Assembly (NCBI GenBank): GCA_947630705.1 | Contig: CANRIK010000002.1 | Span: 87,524 to 151,523 of the forward strand | Length of the DNA: 64,000 nt | From: an uncultured Clostridia bacterium | Lineage (GTDB): Bacteria > Bacillota > Clostridia > Christensenellales > Borkfalkiaceae | Direction of reading: 5' to 3' | Shown: in pieces, positions 10,054 to 19,221 of the stretch | Position numbering within the stretch: position 1 is the stretch's first letter | Layout of the letters: the number at the start of each line of letters is the position of its first letter | The notes under the pieces: model-generated | What the model was told of the DNA's origin: nothing | What the model saw: only the letters and a program-made list of their open reading frames with translations | Databases searched by the model: none | Program-made: the position numbers and the translations under genes

Positions 10054-10482
10054 TTATTTTGCGTTGGAAACGTATTCTCCCGAAAGTCCGTCTATTATTT
10101 TTTGAAGTTTTTCGTTCTCTGCGCCGTCGAAAATCACGAATACATAATTGCCCTTGCGTATGCAAAGATCGTCTTTCTCGCTCAAAAAGGTATACAGATT
10201 TTCCGCGCCTTCTTTCACATCGAAAAATATGCCGCTGAAATTTCCGTCCTCGCCGTCATAACGGAACGATCCGCCCATATTTTCAATAAAATCGACGTCT
10301 TCGAGTGTGGGATAAGTAGTTTTTACGTTTTTGAAGCCCTCCGTCTCCACCTTGTTTTCGTCGAAACTTTTCAAAAGAGCATTTTTATACATGATTCCCA
10401 TGATTACGAACAGAGCAATTATCACAGCAACTATGATAACTACCAAAAGTATCGCCCTGCCGTCGTTGGAGGGTTTGTTCAA
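10054..10482 (-). CDS. hypothetical N-terminally membrane-anchored protein
   Basis: 142 aa. TM helix AILLVVIIVAVIIALFVIMGIM followed by a soluble domain. TTG start without a clear SD. Confidence 0.5.
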   Translation of the reverse strand: MNKPSNDGRAILLVVIIVAVIIALFVIMGIMYKNALLKSFDENKVETEGFKNVKTTYPTLEDVDFIENMGGSFRYDGEDGNFSGIFFDVKEGAENLYTFLSEKDDLCIRKGNYVFVIFDGAENEKLQKIIDGLSGEYVSNAK

Positions 10483-10645
10483 TTTCTGCGACTATTTCGG
10501 CATGAGTCTCGGAGAGTTTTTCGAGGAAAAATTTAATTTCCCCGTCGAATACGGAGAAATCATCGCCGAGCTCAACAAAATGGACACGCAGGAGATAGGG
10601 ATAGTTTACGAAACTCTCAAACTCATAAACAAAAACAAAAAGTAA
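10460..10645 (+). pseudogene. 3' remnant of an XRE-family HTH gene
   Basis: PSLEGLFNFCDYFGMSLGEFFEE is the typical helix-3-to-end segment of an XRE HTH. The N-terminal half is missing and is replaced by the antisense of the neighbouring gene. Confidence 0.3.
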
Positions 10646-10657
10646 AAGGTTATCGAA

Positions 10658-11107
10658 TCACAATTCGATAACCTTTTTTCCGCATTTTTCGGCATAACGC
10701 ACGGTGTAGTAGGTTCCGCCGAATTTTTTCCGGAGATAGGAGACTATCACGTCGGCGTTGTCTACCATAAATCGGTTTCGGTAAAACATACAGCCCGAAT
10801 AATATTTATCGGAGAGCAAAATTTTCTCCGAACAGCCCGAAAGCGCTCTTTTATACCTCTCTCTGTCGACGGCGGAAAGGGTTTGAGACTGCTCGGGACA
10901 GGGTATACAGGCTATAAGCTCTATATCGGGATAAATTTTTTTGAAAGACAAGACGCTCTCTGCCGCCGCGAGGTCAAAGCCCCTTGCCATTCCGTTGTAA
11001 AACCTACGGTAACCGTTCTTTATAAGATTTTCTATAACTCTGTCCAAAAGGGCTTGATCGAAGTCCTTGATATTCCGGTGTCCGGTAAAGGTGCAAGTAT
11101 TATTCAT
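10658..11107 (-). CDS. DUF1273/SLOG-family protein (YpsA-like)
   Basis: CTFTGHR...NGMARGFDLAAAE...IACIPC pattern of the DUF1273 family. RBS GAGGAG. Sits 8 nt after the rsmG stop. Confidence 0.7.
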   Translation of the reverse strand: MNNTCTFTGHRNIKDFDQALLDRVIENLIKNGYRRFYNGMARGFDLAAAESVLSFKKIYPDIELIACIPCPEQSQTLSAVDRERYKRALSGCSEKILLSDKYYSGCMFYRNRFMVDNADVIVSYLRKKFGGTYYTVRYAEKCGKKVIEL

Positions 11108-11114
11108 AAACTCC

Positions 11115-11795
11115 TCAAAGCGGTTTTTTCCTTTCTTTGCCGTTTCCCCTCGGATAGATTTCGGGGGTGGCTCCTATTTTTTTTATTATGACCAGCGTCC
11201 GCGCGCCGCAGTTTTCCAACCGGAATTTCACCGTTTCCTCTATTTCTCCGCCCAAAATTTTTATAGCGCGAAAGCTCTCTTTTATCTCATCGTCGCACTC
11301 GCCTTTATAGGCTATGAATCTTCCGCCTATTTTGACGAACGGAAGGCAATATTCCGACAACGTGTTGAGTTTTGCCACTGCTCTGGCGCATGAAACGTCG
11401 AATTTTTCTCTGTAAACAGAGCTCTTCGCCGCGTCCTCCGCGCGCATATTCAGAACTTTTACACAGCGGAGATTAAGTTTATCCACAACGGCGTTCAGAA
11501 AATTGCATTTTTTTCCCACGCTCTCTATCAAAGTAAATTTCAGATCGTCCCTTATAAATTTCAAGGGCATGGACGGAAAACCTCCGCCGGAGCCTATCTC
11601 CGCCACTTCGGCGCCATTGAAAAAATATTCTTCTGCCGCCACGCTGTCGAGGAAATGTTTGTAAAAAACCTCCTCTTTTTCCGTTACGGAAGTCAGATTA
11701 TACATATTGTTGTATTCTGTCAGAAGCCTATAAAAAGAAGAGAACTTGCCGGCGCTGTCCTCTCTTATCAATTCTTCGAGTCCCTTAATATCCAT
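11115..11795 (-). CDS. rsmG: 16S rRNA (guanine527-N7)-methyltransferase RsmG
   Basis: GidB fold with SAM motif EIGSGGGFPS. Start placed at ATG 11795 (MDIKGLEE) because a consensus promoter lies inside the longer track ORF. Confidence 0.88.
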   Translation of the reverse strand: MDIKGLEELIREDSAGKFSSFYRLLTEYNNMYNLTSVTEKEEVFYKHFLDSVAAEEYFFNGAEVAEIGSGGGFPSMPLKFIRDDLKFTLIESVGKKCNFLNAVVDKLNLRCVKVLNMRAEDAAKSSVYREKFDVSCARAVAKLNTLSEYCLPFVKIGGRFIAYKGECDDEIKESFRAIKILGGEIEETVKFRLENCGARTLVIIKKIGATPEIYPRGNGKERKKPL

Positions 11796-11801
11796 AGACG
11801 G

Positions 11802-11830
11802 ATTATAACAGAATTTTAAAATAATATCAA
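11802..11830 (-). promoter_or_regulatory. rsmG promoter, apparently leaderless
   Basis: On the minus strand: TTGATA, 17 nt, TGtTATAAT, then 6 nt, then ATG 11795. No SD. Confidence 0.6.
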
Positions 11831-11838
11831 CATTTATT

Positions 11839-12097
11839 TTGTCCACAATCCTCAAAAAAAGGTGGACAACATTATTTTTTTATTTCTTTCTTTTTTCAAT
11901 TTTCTTCTTTTTTATTTTAATTTGTTTCAAGCCGATTTTGTTTTCCACCAATTCACAAAATATAAACTTTCCAATCCACAAAAATTTACACTCAAATTGT
12001 TTATACATTATGTAATTTTTCGGTTGCTTTTTGCTTCTTTTTTTGTTATTATATACTTGTATTGTATAGGCGAAGACGGTTTTTCTACATTTCCACC
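11839..12097. other. second DnaA-box-like cluster with T-rich tract upstream of dnaN
   Basis: TTGTCCACA 11839-11847 and inverted GGTGGACAA 11861-11869. Weaker TTTTCCACC 11941, CAATCCACA 11972, ATTTCCACC 12089. A roughly 70-nt very AT-rich run spans 11870-11940. Confidence 0.5.
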
Positions 12098-12177
12098 GTA
12101 CTTATTAATAATTCTACTAATTTAAATCTTAATAAAAATAAAAAACATAAAGACGGAAAAGGGCGAAGGTAAAATTT

Positions 12178-13284
12178 ATGAAGTGTGTTATCGAAGGAAT
12201 CAATTTATCGGACGCAATATTGAAGGTAGTCAAAGCATGTTCTTCCAAGACTACCGTTCCTGTACTCGAATGTATAAAAATTTCGGCTAAAAACGACAGT
12301 CTCACTCTCTCCGCTACCGACGGGGAAATTTCCATTATAAAGACCATTCCGTCGGAAATTTACGAAGAAGGCGAAATCTGCGTTCCCGGAAAATATTTTG
12401 CAGATTTTATAAAGAAGCTCGAAGATGTTCAGATAACTCTCTCTTCCGAGGGTAGAACGATGGATATAACCTACGCCGACAGTCAGACAAGCATGCAGGT
12501 GCTTCCGGCGGACGATTTTCCCAGAATAGACGTGGAAATAAACGAGAGCAGTTTTAAATTAAAGACTGCCGATCTCAAAAAATTCATAACTTCCACCTCT
12601 TTTTGCTGTGCGGCAGATGACAGCAGACCTATTTTGAAGGGCTGTCAGTTTGTAATAAACGGAGACGACATATGCGTCACCGCTCTCGACGGTTTCCGTC
12701 TTGCCACTGTAAACGGCAAAGTAATTTCGGCTACGGGAAATATGGACATAGTTTGTCCGGCGAGAACGCTGAACGAAATAGAAAAAATGATTCCCGACGG
12801 CGACGGAGAGACGGAAATTTTCGTACAGAGAGGAATGATTCTGGTTTCCTCCGACAATACGATACTTACTTCGAGACTGTACGGCGGAGATTTTATCAAA
12901 AAGGAAAATATAATTCCCCGTTCGTTTATAACCGCCGTAAAAGTGGAAAAAGATAAATTGAAAGATTCTATCGAACGTGCGGCTATACTTGTGAGAGGAG
13001 ATAAAAACAGCCTCATAACTTTCGATATTGCCGGCGACAGAATAGAGATATCTTCCTCTTCCGAAATAGGCAGCGTGCAGGAGCCCGTAAAGGCGGAAAT
13101 AGAGGGCAAAGACGTAAGAATAGCTATGAATTCCAAGTTCATTATAGAAGCCGTAAACGCCCTCGACGAAGAGAAGATAGTTCTTTCGTTCAACAATCAG
13201 GTACAGCCGTTCACCTGTCAGAATGAGACGGATAAGAGCGCTTTATACCTCATTTTACCCGTGCGCACCGCAAATAACGCTTGA
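12178..13284 (+). CDS. dnaN: DNA polymerase III beta sliding clamp
   Basis: 368 aa. Three-domain clamp with typical N-terminus (K.VIEG..L..A...V....S.KT..P.L..I) and C-terminal LILPVR. Confidence 0.95.
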   Translation: MKCVIEGINLSDAILKVVKACSSKTTVPVLECIKISAKNDSLTLSATDGEISIIKTIPSEIYEEGEICVPGKYFADFIKKLEDVQITLSSEGRTMDITYADSQTSMQVLPADDFPRIDVEINESSFKLKTADLKKFITSTSFCCAADDSRPILKGCQFVINGDDICVTALDGFRLATVNGKVISATGNMDIVCPARTLNEIEKMIPDGDGETEIFVQRGMILVSSDNTILTSRLYGGDFIKKENIIPRSFITAVKVEKDKLKDSIERAAILVRGDKNSLITFDIAGDRIEISSSSEIGSVQEPVKAEIEGKDVRIAMNSKFIIEAVNALDEEKIVLSFNNQVQPFTCQNETDKSALYLILPVRTANNA

Positions 13285-13309
13285 CTTTAACGTTTTTAGA
13301 ATTTATAAT
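13281..13309 (+). promoter_or_regulatory. rpmH operon promoter
   Basis: TTGACT, 17 nt, TATAAT. Overlaps the dnaN stop codon. Confidence 0.6.
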
Positions 13310-13358
13310 AACAACGTTTTAAATGAAATAGGAAAAATAAATATTCAAGGAGCAGAAA

Positions 13359-13493
13359 ATGAAAAGGACTTACCAGCCCAAGAAGAGACAGAGAAGCAAA
13401 GTTCACGGTTTCAGAAAGAGAATGGCCACAACCGCCGGAAGAAGAGTGTTGAAGAGAAGAAGAAATAAGGGCAGAAAGCACCTTACCGCGTAA
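13359..13493 (+). CDS. rpmH: 50S ribosomal protein L34
   Basis: Own translation: [44 protein letters not shown] (44 aa). RBS AAGGAG. Too short for the ORF track. Confidence 0.95.
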   Translation: MKRTYQPKKRQRSKVHGFRKRMATTAGRRVLKRRRNKGRKHLTA

Positions 13494-13494
13494 G

Positions 13495-13821
13495 TTGAAT
13501 TATTTGAAAATAAAGAAAAATTCCGAATTTTCAAAGCTGTTCAGAAGAGGAAAAAGAGTATATTCCTCCTCACTGACGTTGATTTTTCTTCCGTCGGAAC
13601 ACATGAGTATGGGCATAGCCCTGTCCAAAAAACACGGCAAAGCTGTGGAGAGAAACCGCATAAAGAGATTGTTACGGGAAGCGTTCAGAAAGAATTCGCC
13701 TGTTCTTAATAATAACTGGGCTGTGATATTGATGCCGAAAGCCGCGGAAAAATACAGCTACGACACCTTTGAAAAGAGCATTATATCCTGCTTTAAAAAG
13801 GTAAACGGATGCGGAAAATAA
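13495..13821 (+). CDS. rnpA: RNase P protein component
   Basis: Basic 108-aa protein ([16 protein letters not shown]) starting 1 nt after the rpmH stop. Conserved rpmH-rnpA pairing. Confidence 0.9.
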   Translation: MNYLKIKKNSEFSKLFRRGKRVYSSSLTLIFLPSEHMSMGIALSKKHGKAVERNRIKRLLREAFRKNSPVLNNNWAVILMPKAAEKYSYDTFEKSIISCFKKVNGCGK

Positions 13822-14096
13822 AGAAAATTTACAGATTTTTAAGACGGAAAGTGTTCATACCGTTTTTGAGAATGGGAGCCATGCGGCTGATAATCTTTTA
13901 TCAGCGCCGCCTTTCACGTCATACTTGTCTGTATACGCCGAGCTGTTCGGAATACACTTTGCGCGCAATCAACAACCGTGGGCTTATTTTGGGGATACTC
14001 TTGGGGATATGGCGAATAATCCGCTGTAATCCTTTATCGAAAGGCGGCTACGATCCGCCGCCCGAAAAAGCCTTCGGCTACAAGTGGGTATTATAA
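13809..14096 (+). CDS. yidD: membrane protein insertion efficiency factor YidD
   Basis: [20 protein letters not shown]...[16 protein letters not shown] is the YidD signature. The true start may be an internal Met. Confidence 0.85.
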   Translation: MRKIKKIYRFLRRKVFIPFLRMGAMRLIIFYQRRLSRHTCLYTPSCSEYTLRAINNRGLILGILLGIWRIIRCNPLSKGGYDPPPEKAFGYKWVL

Positions 14097-15436
14097 TAAA
14101 TATGGATTTGACTCAATTACTGACAAGTTCGCAGCTCATACAGGTCTCCGTTGACGGTATAGGCACCGTTGATCTGAACTGGATAGGCTACGTAATAAGC
14201 TGGATATTCAATCTGGTATCCGATTTCCCCGGCGCGATAGCGGTGGGCGTTATCCTGTTTACCGTGATGCTTAAAACGCTTGTGCTTCCCCTCGATATCT
14301 ATTCGAGAGTGAAGATGAAAAAGCAGTCGCTTCTGATGGAGAGCATCCGTCCGGAGATGGAAAAACTGCAAAAACAGTACGCCAACGACAAAAACATGTA
14401 CAGCCAGAAAGTTATGGAATTGCAGCGCGCAAACGGTTTCAATCCCCTCGGCGCATGCCTTCCCACGATAGTTTCGCTGGTGATATTCATGATAGTGTTC
14501 TCGGCGTTTTCGCAGTATTCGCAGTACGCCAACCTTAATTCCTACAACGAAATGGCAAAGGAATATTCCAGCGCCGTTTACGAATACGTAATGACCGACG
14601 AAAATTCCGCAGACGACAAATATTTTCTTGTGGCGGCGGTTGAGGACGGCCTGAATAACCCCGTGCCCGATTATCCCAAAAAGAACGAAGCCGGAGTGCC
14701 CGTGGACGGCGACGGAAACGAGCTGAAAATATACGGATATTACGTAAATTACGACAAGTTCGTCTCCTATTATACGGCGCACGCCTCGGAGGATTCTCCC
14801 AAACTTCCGGAGGGATTTTCTTCACTTCCGGAGGAGCAGAAGAATAAATTCGTCACAGATTTCGTGCGTCTCGGCGCGCGTGAGGCGGCGGCAGACTACT
14901 ACACGGCAAACAGACCAAAGGCTTCGCTCTTATGGATAGGAAATTTGTGGTATCCCGACTCCATGCTGAACAAGGAAGTTCCGTCGTTTTCGGATTTCCG
15001 CTCGACAATAGCGAGAGCCGCCGGTGCAATCGACGTAAACTATGAGGAAAGTTACAACGAAGTAACTTACAATCTGACTCAACAAAAGAATACATACAAC
15101 GGATATTTCGTTTTAATAGTGCTGGCGATAGGCTTTATGTTCCTGCAACAATTTATAACCATGCGCTCGCAGAAGGCGGCAAACGAATTGAGCTCGGTTG
15201 ACGGGCAGGCGGCTACCACCAACAAGATGATGATGGTAATCATGCCCATTATATTCGGTATATTCTCCTTCTTTTACAGCGCGGCATTCTCGATATACAT
15301 GATAATAAATACATGTTACAGCCTTATTTCCACACTGATTATAAATAAAGTAGTTGCGGTGCGCTTCGAAAAAGACAGTGAAAAGAAAGCCAGAACCAAA
15401 CTTCAAGGACGCGCCGGCAGAAAGAGGTTAAAGTAA
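14084..15436 (+). CDS. yidC: YidC/Oxa1-family membrane insertase (long form)
   Basis: Conserved core (LPLDIYS...MxxLQP-like, NPLGACLP, C-terminal TM bundle, basic tail), with an insert of roughly 190 aa after the NPLGACLP-containing TM segment. Alternative start at ATG 14102. Confidence 0.9.
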   Translation: MGIIINMDLTQLLTSSQLIQVSVDGIGTVDLNWIGYVISWIFNLVSDFPGAIAVGVILFTVMLKTLVLPLDIYSRVKMKKQSLLMESIRPEMEKLQKQYANDKNMYSQKVMELQRANGFNPLGACLPTIVSLVIFMIVFSAFSQYSQYANLNSYNEMAKEYSSAVYEYVMTDENSADDKYFLVAAVEDGLNNPVPDYPKKNEAGVPVDGDGNELKIYGYYVNYDKFVSYYTAHASEDSPKLPEGFSSLPEEQKNKFVTDFVRLGAREAAADYYTANRPKASLLWIGNLWYPDSMLNKEVPSFSDFRSTIARAAGAIDVNYEESYNEVTYNLTQQKNTYNGYFVLIVLAIGFMFLQQFITMRSQKAANELSSVDGQAATTNKMMMVIMPIIFGIFSFFYSAAFSIYMIINTCYSLISTLIINKVVAVRFEKDSEKKARTKLQGRAGRKRLK

Positions 15437-15437
15437 A

Positions 15438-16307
15438 ATGGAAGAAGAAAACGTATTTACAGGCAAAACGTACGAAGAGGCGGTGAACAATGCGCTTATG
15501 GAGCTTGCTCTTCCCAGCGCGGACGTGGAAATCACTGTGCTCGAAGAGGGCAAAAAGAAGCTGTTCGGATCCACGAAATGGAAGATAAAGGCGTCGGTTA
15601 AAAAATCCGACGGCGCGCGTGCGGCAAGTTTTATCGACGGACTTTTAAAGGTTATGGGCGTGGACGCCGAAAGCGAAGTCGTCTCCGAAGACGACAGTAT
15701 CAAAATAGACGTCAAAACGGAGTCCGGAGCACGGGTAATAGGCAAGCGCGGCGACGTTCTCGACGCCATACAGTGTCTTGCCGGAGCGGTTGCCAATACC
15801 GGCAGAGAAAAGTACGTCAAGGTCGTGGTCGATTGCGAAAATTACCGCAGTCAGCGCGAAGAGACGCTTGTAAATCTTGCTCATAAAGTGGAGCAAAAGG
15901 CGGTCGAAACGGGCAGAAAGGTTATTCTCGAACCCATGAACCCCTATGAAAGGCGCATAATCCATTCGGCTCTTGTGGACAGCGACAAAGTAAAGACTTC
16001 GTCGGAGGGCAAGGAGCCCGAAAGATACGTTGTGGTTATCCCCAACGACGTAAAGGCCGGAGACCGCGGAATACGTTTCAACGAGAGAGGTCCCCGTAAG
16101 GGTCGCGACGAGAGGCGCGGCGGCAGAGGCAGAAGGGACGAGAGGCGCGGCGACGGCAGGCGCAGAGGCGGAGCAAACCGCGGAGGAAAACCTTCCGGCG
16201 GTGCGAGCCGCGGCAAAAAGGAGATAATTTTCGGCACATATCTGGGCAACAGCGGCGCGAAGAGCGACGAGGTCAAGGAAGAGACCAAGGATAAGACCGA
16301 AGAGTAA
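15438..16307 (+). CDS. jag: Jag/KhpB RNA-binding protein (Jag_N, KH, R3H) with Arg/Gly-rich tail
   Basis: Position after yidC. R3H region MNPYERRIIHSAL. The C-terminal ~85 aa are RG-rich (RGPRKGRDERRGGRGRRDERRGDGRRRGG...). Confidence 0.88.
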   Translation: MEEENVFTGKTYEEAVNNALMELALPSADVEITVLEEGKKKLFGSTKWKIKASVKKSDGARAASFIDGLLKVMGVDAESEVVSEDDSIKIDVKTESGARVIGKRGDVLDAIQCLAGAVANTGREKYVKVVVDCENYRSQREETLVNLAHKVEQKAVETGRKVILEPMNPYERRIIHSALVDSDKVKTSSEGKEPERYVVVIPNDVKAGDRGIRFNERGPRKGRDERRGGRGRRDERRGDGRRRGGANRGGKPSGGASRGKKEIIFGTYLGNSGAKSDEVKEETKDKTEE

Positions 16308-16453
16308 ATTACGGAAAAATCGTCCGGCGGAGCTTTGCGCGTCCGCGCGCGGCGGAGAGCCGCTTTTGCGGCAGTAAATCGGAAACGCCTGCAATCTTGA
16401 TTTTTAAGTAAGAAAGGCGGGCGGACAGACAAATCAATATGCAGATATCTGCA

Positions 16454-16493
16454 AGATGGTTTTCGGATAAACACATCGCAAAAAAAACCGAGG
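16454..16493 (+). promoter_or_regulatory. candidate preQ1-I riboswitch aptamer
   Basis: AGAUG-GUUU-UCGG-AUAAACA-CAUC-G-CAAAAAAAA-CCGAGG. P1 is GAUG/CAUC; loop UCGG can pair with tail CCGA across an A-rich tract. It parallels my recollection of the B. subtilis queC aptamer layout and lies upstream of queT. Confidence 0.5.
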
Positions 16494-16505
16494 AGTAGCG
16501 AAAGC

Positions 16506-16535
16506 AAAACGGACGGTTTTTGAACCGTCCGTTTT
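16506..16535 (+). terminator. intrinsic terminator, likely riboswitch expression platform
   Basis: AAAACGGACGGT-ttttga-ACCGTCCGTTTT perfect 12-bp stem, 24 nt before the queT ATG. CGGTTTTT in its 5' arm is complementary to the aptamer tail AAAAACCG, a possible antiterminator. Confidence 0.7.
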
Positions 16536-16558
16536 AGTTTGAATCGCAAAGAGATAAT

Positions 16559-17089
16559 ATGAAGAATATTTTTACTACCAAAAAACTTTGCCGCGCCGGA
16601 ATAGCAGCGGCGCTGTACGTAGTCCTTACGTGGGCATTGGGCAGTTTTGCATACGGACCGATACAGATACGTCCGGCCGAAGCGCTGTGTATTCTGCCTC
16701 TCTTTTTTCCGGAGACCGTTCCGGCGCTGTGGATAGGCTGCATGCTTGCAAATCTGCTCTCCATGTACGGAGTATACGATATCTTTTTGGGCAGTCTTGC
16801 AACTCTTCTTGCCGCATTGCTTACCTACGGCACGGGAGTTCTCATAAAGAATCACGCGCTTCGCGCGGCAATCGGCGGATTCTGGCCGGTTATAGCCAAT
16901 GCCTTCATAATTCCGGCGGTATGGATACTCGCGCAAATGCCCGACGTGGTTTATTGGTATGAGTTCGGTGTAATGGCGCTCAACGAAGCGCTGTGGGTAT
17001 ACGTTTTGGGAGTGCCCCTCTATATCGCCGTACTGAATATGAGAAAGCGCGGCGTCAGAGTATTCTGCAACGACGAAAAAGTTAATTAG
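16559..17089 (+). CDS. queT: QueT-family queuosine-precursor transporter
   Basis: Multi-TM 176-aa protein. AAALYVVLT...YGPIQIRPAEAL..LP...P..VPALWIGC.LANL is the QueT-family pattern. Confidence 0.8.
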   Translation: MKNIFTTKKLCRAGIAAALYVVLTWALGSFAYGPIQIRPAEALCILPLFFPETVPALWIGCMLANLLSMYGVYDIFLGSLATLLAALLTYGTGVLIKNHALRAAIGGFWPVIANAFIIPAVWILAQMPDVVYWYEFGVMALNEALWVYVLGVPLYIAVLNMRKRGVRVFCNDEKVN

Positions 17090-17128
17090 AGGGCAGAAAA
17101 TCAAACACGTATTGAGTTTTATAACAAA

Positions 17129-17158
17129 ATCCCCGAGCGGAAAGTTCCGCTCGGGGAT
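17129..17158. terminator. bidirectional terminator between queT and pck
   Basis: ATCCCCGAGCGG-aaagt-TCCGCTCGGGGAT hairpin flanked by A- and T-runs. Confidence 0.8.
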
Positions 17159-17183
17159 AAATTTTATTTCTGATTTTTTTCGA

Positions 17184-18995
17184 TTAATCTTTTACGGAAC
17201 GCTTTAAGGTTTCGAGGCAGTCCCAGAGCTCCTGCGGAATTCTGTCCTTTATCGTTCCCTTGTAGTAGCCCTCGATTTCCTCCGCTTCCTTTGCCCATTT
17301 TGCCTTGTCTACGGCAAGTATGGTTTTGAGGTCGTTCACCGTGAATTTTCTTCCCTTTGCAATCTCGTAATCGAGTTCGGAAATGTCGATATCCTCGGCG
17401 TAAGGAACGTAACCTATGGGAGTCTCCTCCGCGTCTACCGAGCCGTCGCAACGCTTCAAAATCCATTCGAGCACGCGCATGTTGTCGCCGAATCCGGGCC
17501 ACATGAAGTTGCCGTTCTCATCCTGACGGAACCAGTTTACGTTGAAAATTTTGGGAGGATTTTTAACCTTCTTGCCCATCTCAATCCAGTGTGCGAAGTA
17601 GTCGCCCATGTGATAGCCGGCAAAGGGCTTCATGGCCATGGGGTCGTGACGGAGCACGCCGGTAGCTCCGGTGGCCGCCGCGGTGGTTTCGGAGGACATT
17701 GCCGAGCCGACGAACACGCCGTGGTTCCAATCGCGCGACTGATATACGAGGGGAGTGGTAGACGCTCTTCTGCCGCCGAAAATGATTGCCGAAAGGGGCA
17801 CGCCTTTAAGGGAGTTGAATTCGGGCGAGACGCAGGGGCAGTTTACCGCGGGAGCGGTGAAACGGCTGTTGGGATGAGCGGCGCAGGTGGATTTGTCTTT
17901 TTTGTCGAATTTAGCCGGATCCCAAGGTTTGCCCGTCCAATCTATGACATGTTCGGGGAGTTCCTTCGTAAGACCTTCCCACCATACAGTCATGTCGTCC
18001 GTTTTGAGTGCGACGTTTGTGAATATAGTGCCGCGCTTTGTGGATTCGAGCGCGTTGTAGTTTGAGTGTTCGTTTGTGCCGGGAGCTACGCCGAAGAAGC
18101 CGTTTTCGGGGTTTACCGCCCACAGTCTGCCGTCGTCGCCCACGCGTATCCAAGCGATGTCGTCGCCCACACATTCGATTTTATAGCCCTTGTCGAGGTA
18201 ATGTTTGGGGGGAATGAGCATTGCGAGGTTTGTCTTTCCGCAGGCGGAAGGGAAAGCCGCCGCAACGTATTTTTTGTCGCCGTTGGGGAAGGTTACGCCC
18301 AAAATAAGCATGTGTTCCGCCATCCAGCCTTCGTTTTTGCCCAGCCAAGAGGCTATGCGCAACGCGAAGCATTTCTTGCCCAGCAGTACGTTGCCGCCGT
18401 AGGCAGAGTTCACGGAGATTATGGTATTGTCCTCGGGGAAGTGCATTATATATCTCTTTTCGGCGTCGATATTGCAGCTTGCGTGGAAGCCCTTGATGAA
18501 ATCCCCGTCTTTGCCGAGAGCTTCGAGGCATTTCTTGCCCACTCTCGTCATTATATTCATGTTGAGAACTACGTAGATGGAGTCCGTTACCTCGATGCCT
18601 ATCTTTGCGAAGTCGCTTCCCACAACGCCCATGGAGTAGGGAATGACGTACATGGTTTTGCCCTTCATTTTGCCGCGGGCTATTTCCGCGGTGAGCTCGT
18701 ACGCTTCCTTGGGATCCATCCAATAGTTGATGGGACCGGCGTCCTCCTTGTTTTTCGTGCAGATAAAAGTTCTGTCCTCTACGCGCGCAACGTCGTTGAC
18801 CTTTGTGCGGTGAAGATAGCAGTCGGGCAGAAGAGTCTGGTTGAGCTTAATGAGCTCGCCGCTCTGAACGGCCTGTTTTTTCAGCTCGGAAATCTGCGCC
18901 TCGCTGCCGTCTATCCAGACAATTTTGTCGGGCTGGGCAAGCTCTGCGCTCTTTTCCACAAAATCGAGAATTTTCTTGTTTTTGGTAGGTGCCAT
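17184..18995 (-). CDS. pck: phosphoenolpyruvate carboxykinase (GTP)
   Basis: About 600-aa GTP-type PEPCK with conserved blocks FPSACGKTNLAM, WMAEHMLILG, GDDIAWI and a C-terminal nucleotide-binding region. Start at ATG 18995 (AAGGAG 9 nt upstream). Confidence 0.92.
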   Translation of the reverse strand: MAPTKNKKILDFVEKSAELAQPDKIVWIDGSEAQISELKKQAVQSGELIKLNQTLLPDCYLHRTKVNDVARVEDRTFICTKNKEDAGPINYWMDPKEAYELTAEIARGKMKGKTMYVIPYSMGVVGSDFAKIGIEVTDSIYVVLNMNIMTRVGKKCLEALGKDGDFIKGFHASCNIDAEKRYIMHFPEDNTIISVNSAYGGNVLLGKKCFALRIASWLGKNEGWMAEHMLILGVTFPNGDKKYVAAAFPSACGKTNLAMLIPPKHYLDKGYKIECVGDDIAWIRVGDDGRLWAVNPENGFFGVAPGTNEHSNYNALESTKRGTIFTNVALKTDDMTVWWEGLTKELPEHVIDWTGKPWDPAKFDKKDKSTCAAHPNSRFTAPAVNCPCVSPEFNSLKGVPLSAIIFGGRRASTTPLVYQSRDWNHGVFVGSAMSSETTAAATGATGVLRHDPMAMKPFAGYHMGDYFAHWIEMGKKVKNPPKIFNVNWFRQDENGNFMWPGFGDNMRVLEWILKRCDGSVDAEETPIGYVPYAEDIDISELDYEIAKGRKFTVNDLKTILAVDKAKWAKEAEEIEGYYKGTIKDRIPQELWDCLETLKRSVKD

Positions 18996-19221
18996 AATAA
19001 ATCGCTCCTTAAAAATCAAAATCTATACCAAATATCATTATACTAAAATTTTCGGAAAAAAGCAAACGGATATGTAAATGTCCGTCTCTGAATTTTAAGT
19101 GAAAAAAAAGCCCAAAAATTTTTGTTATTTTACATATTTTTTCAAAATATTATACAACTTGTTTAAATATTATAATAGCGTAGAGAGCGACGCATTCCTG
19201 TCGGGCGCTTTGAGGTAAGAG

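Noticed and set aside
15944-17104. 386-aa minus-strand ORF
   Set aside because: It spans the jag 3' end, an intergenic region with a terminator, and queT in antisense. Its composition is Arg/Pro/Ser-rich junk.
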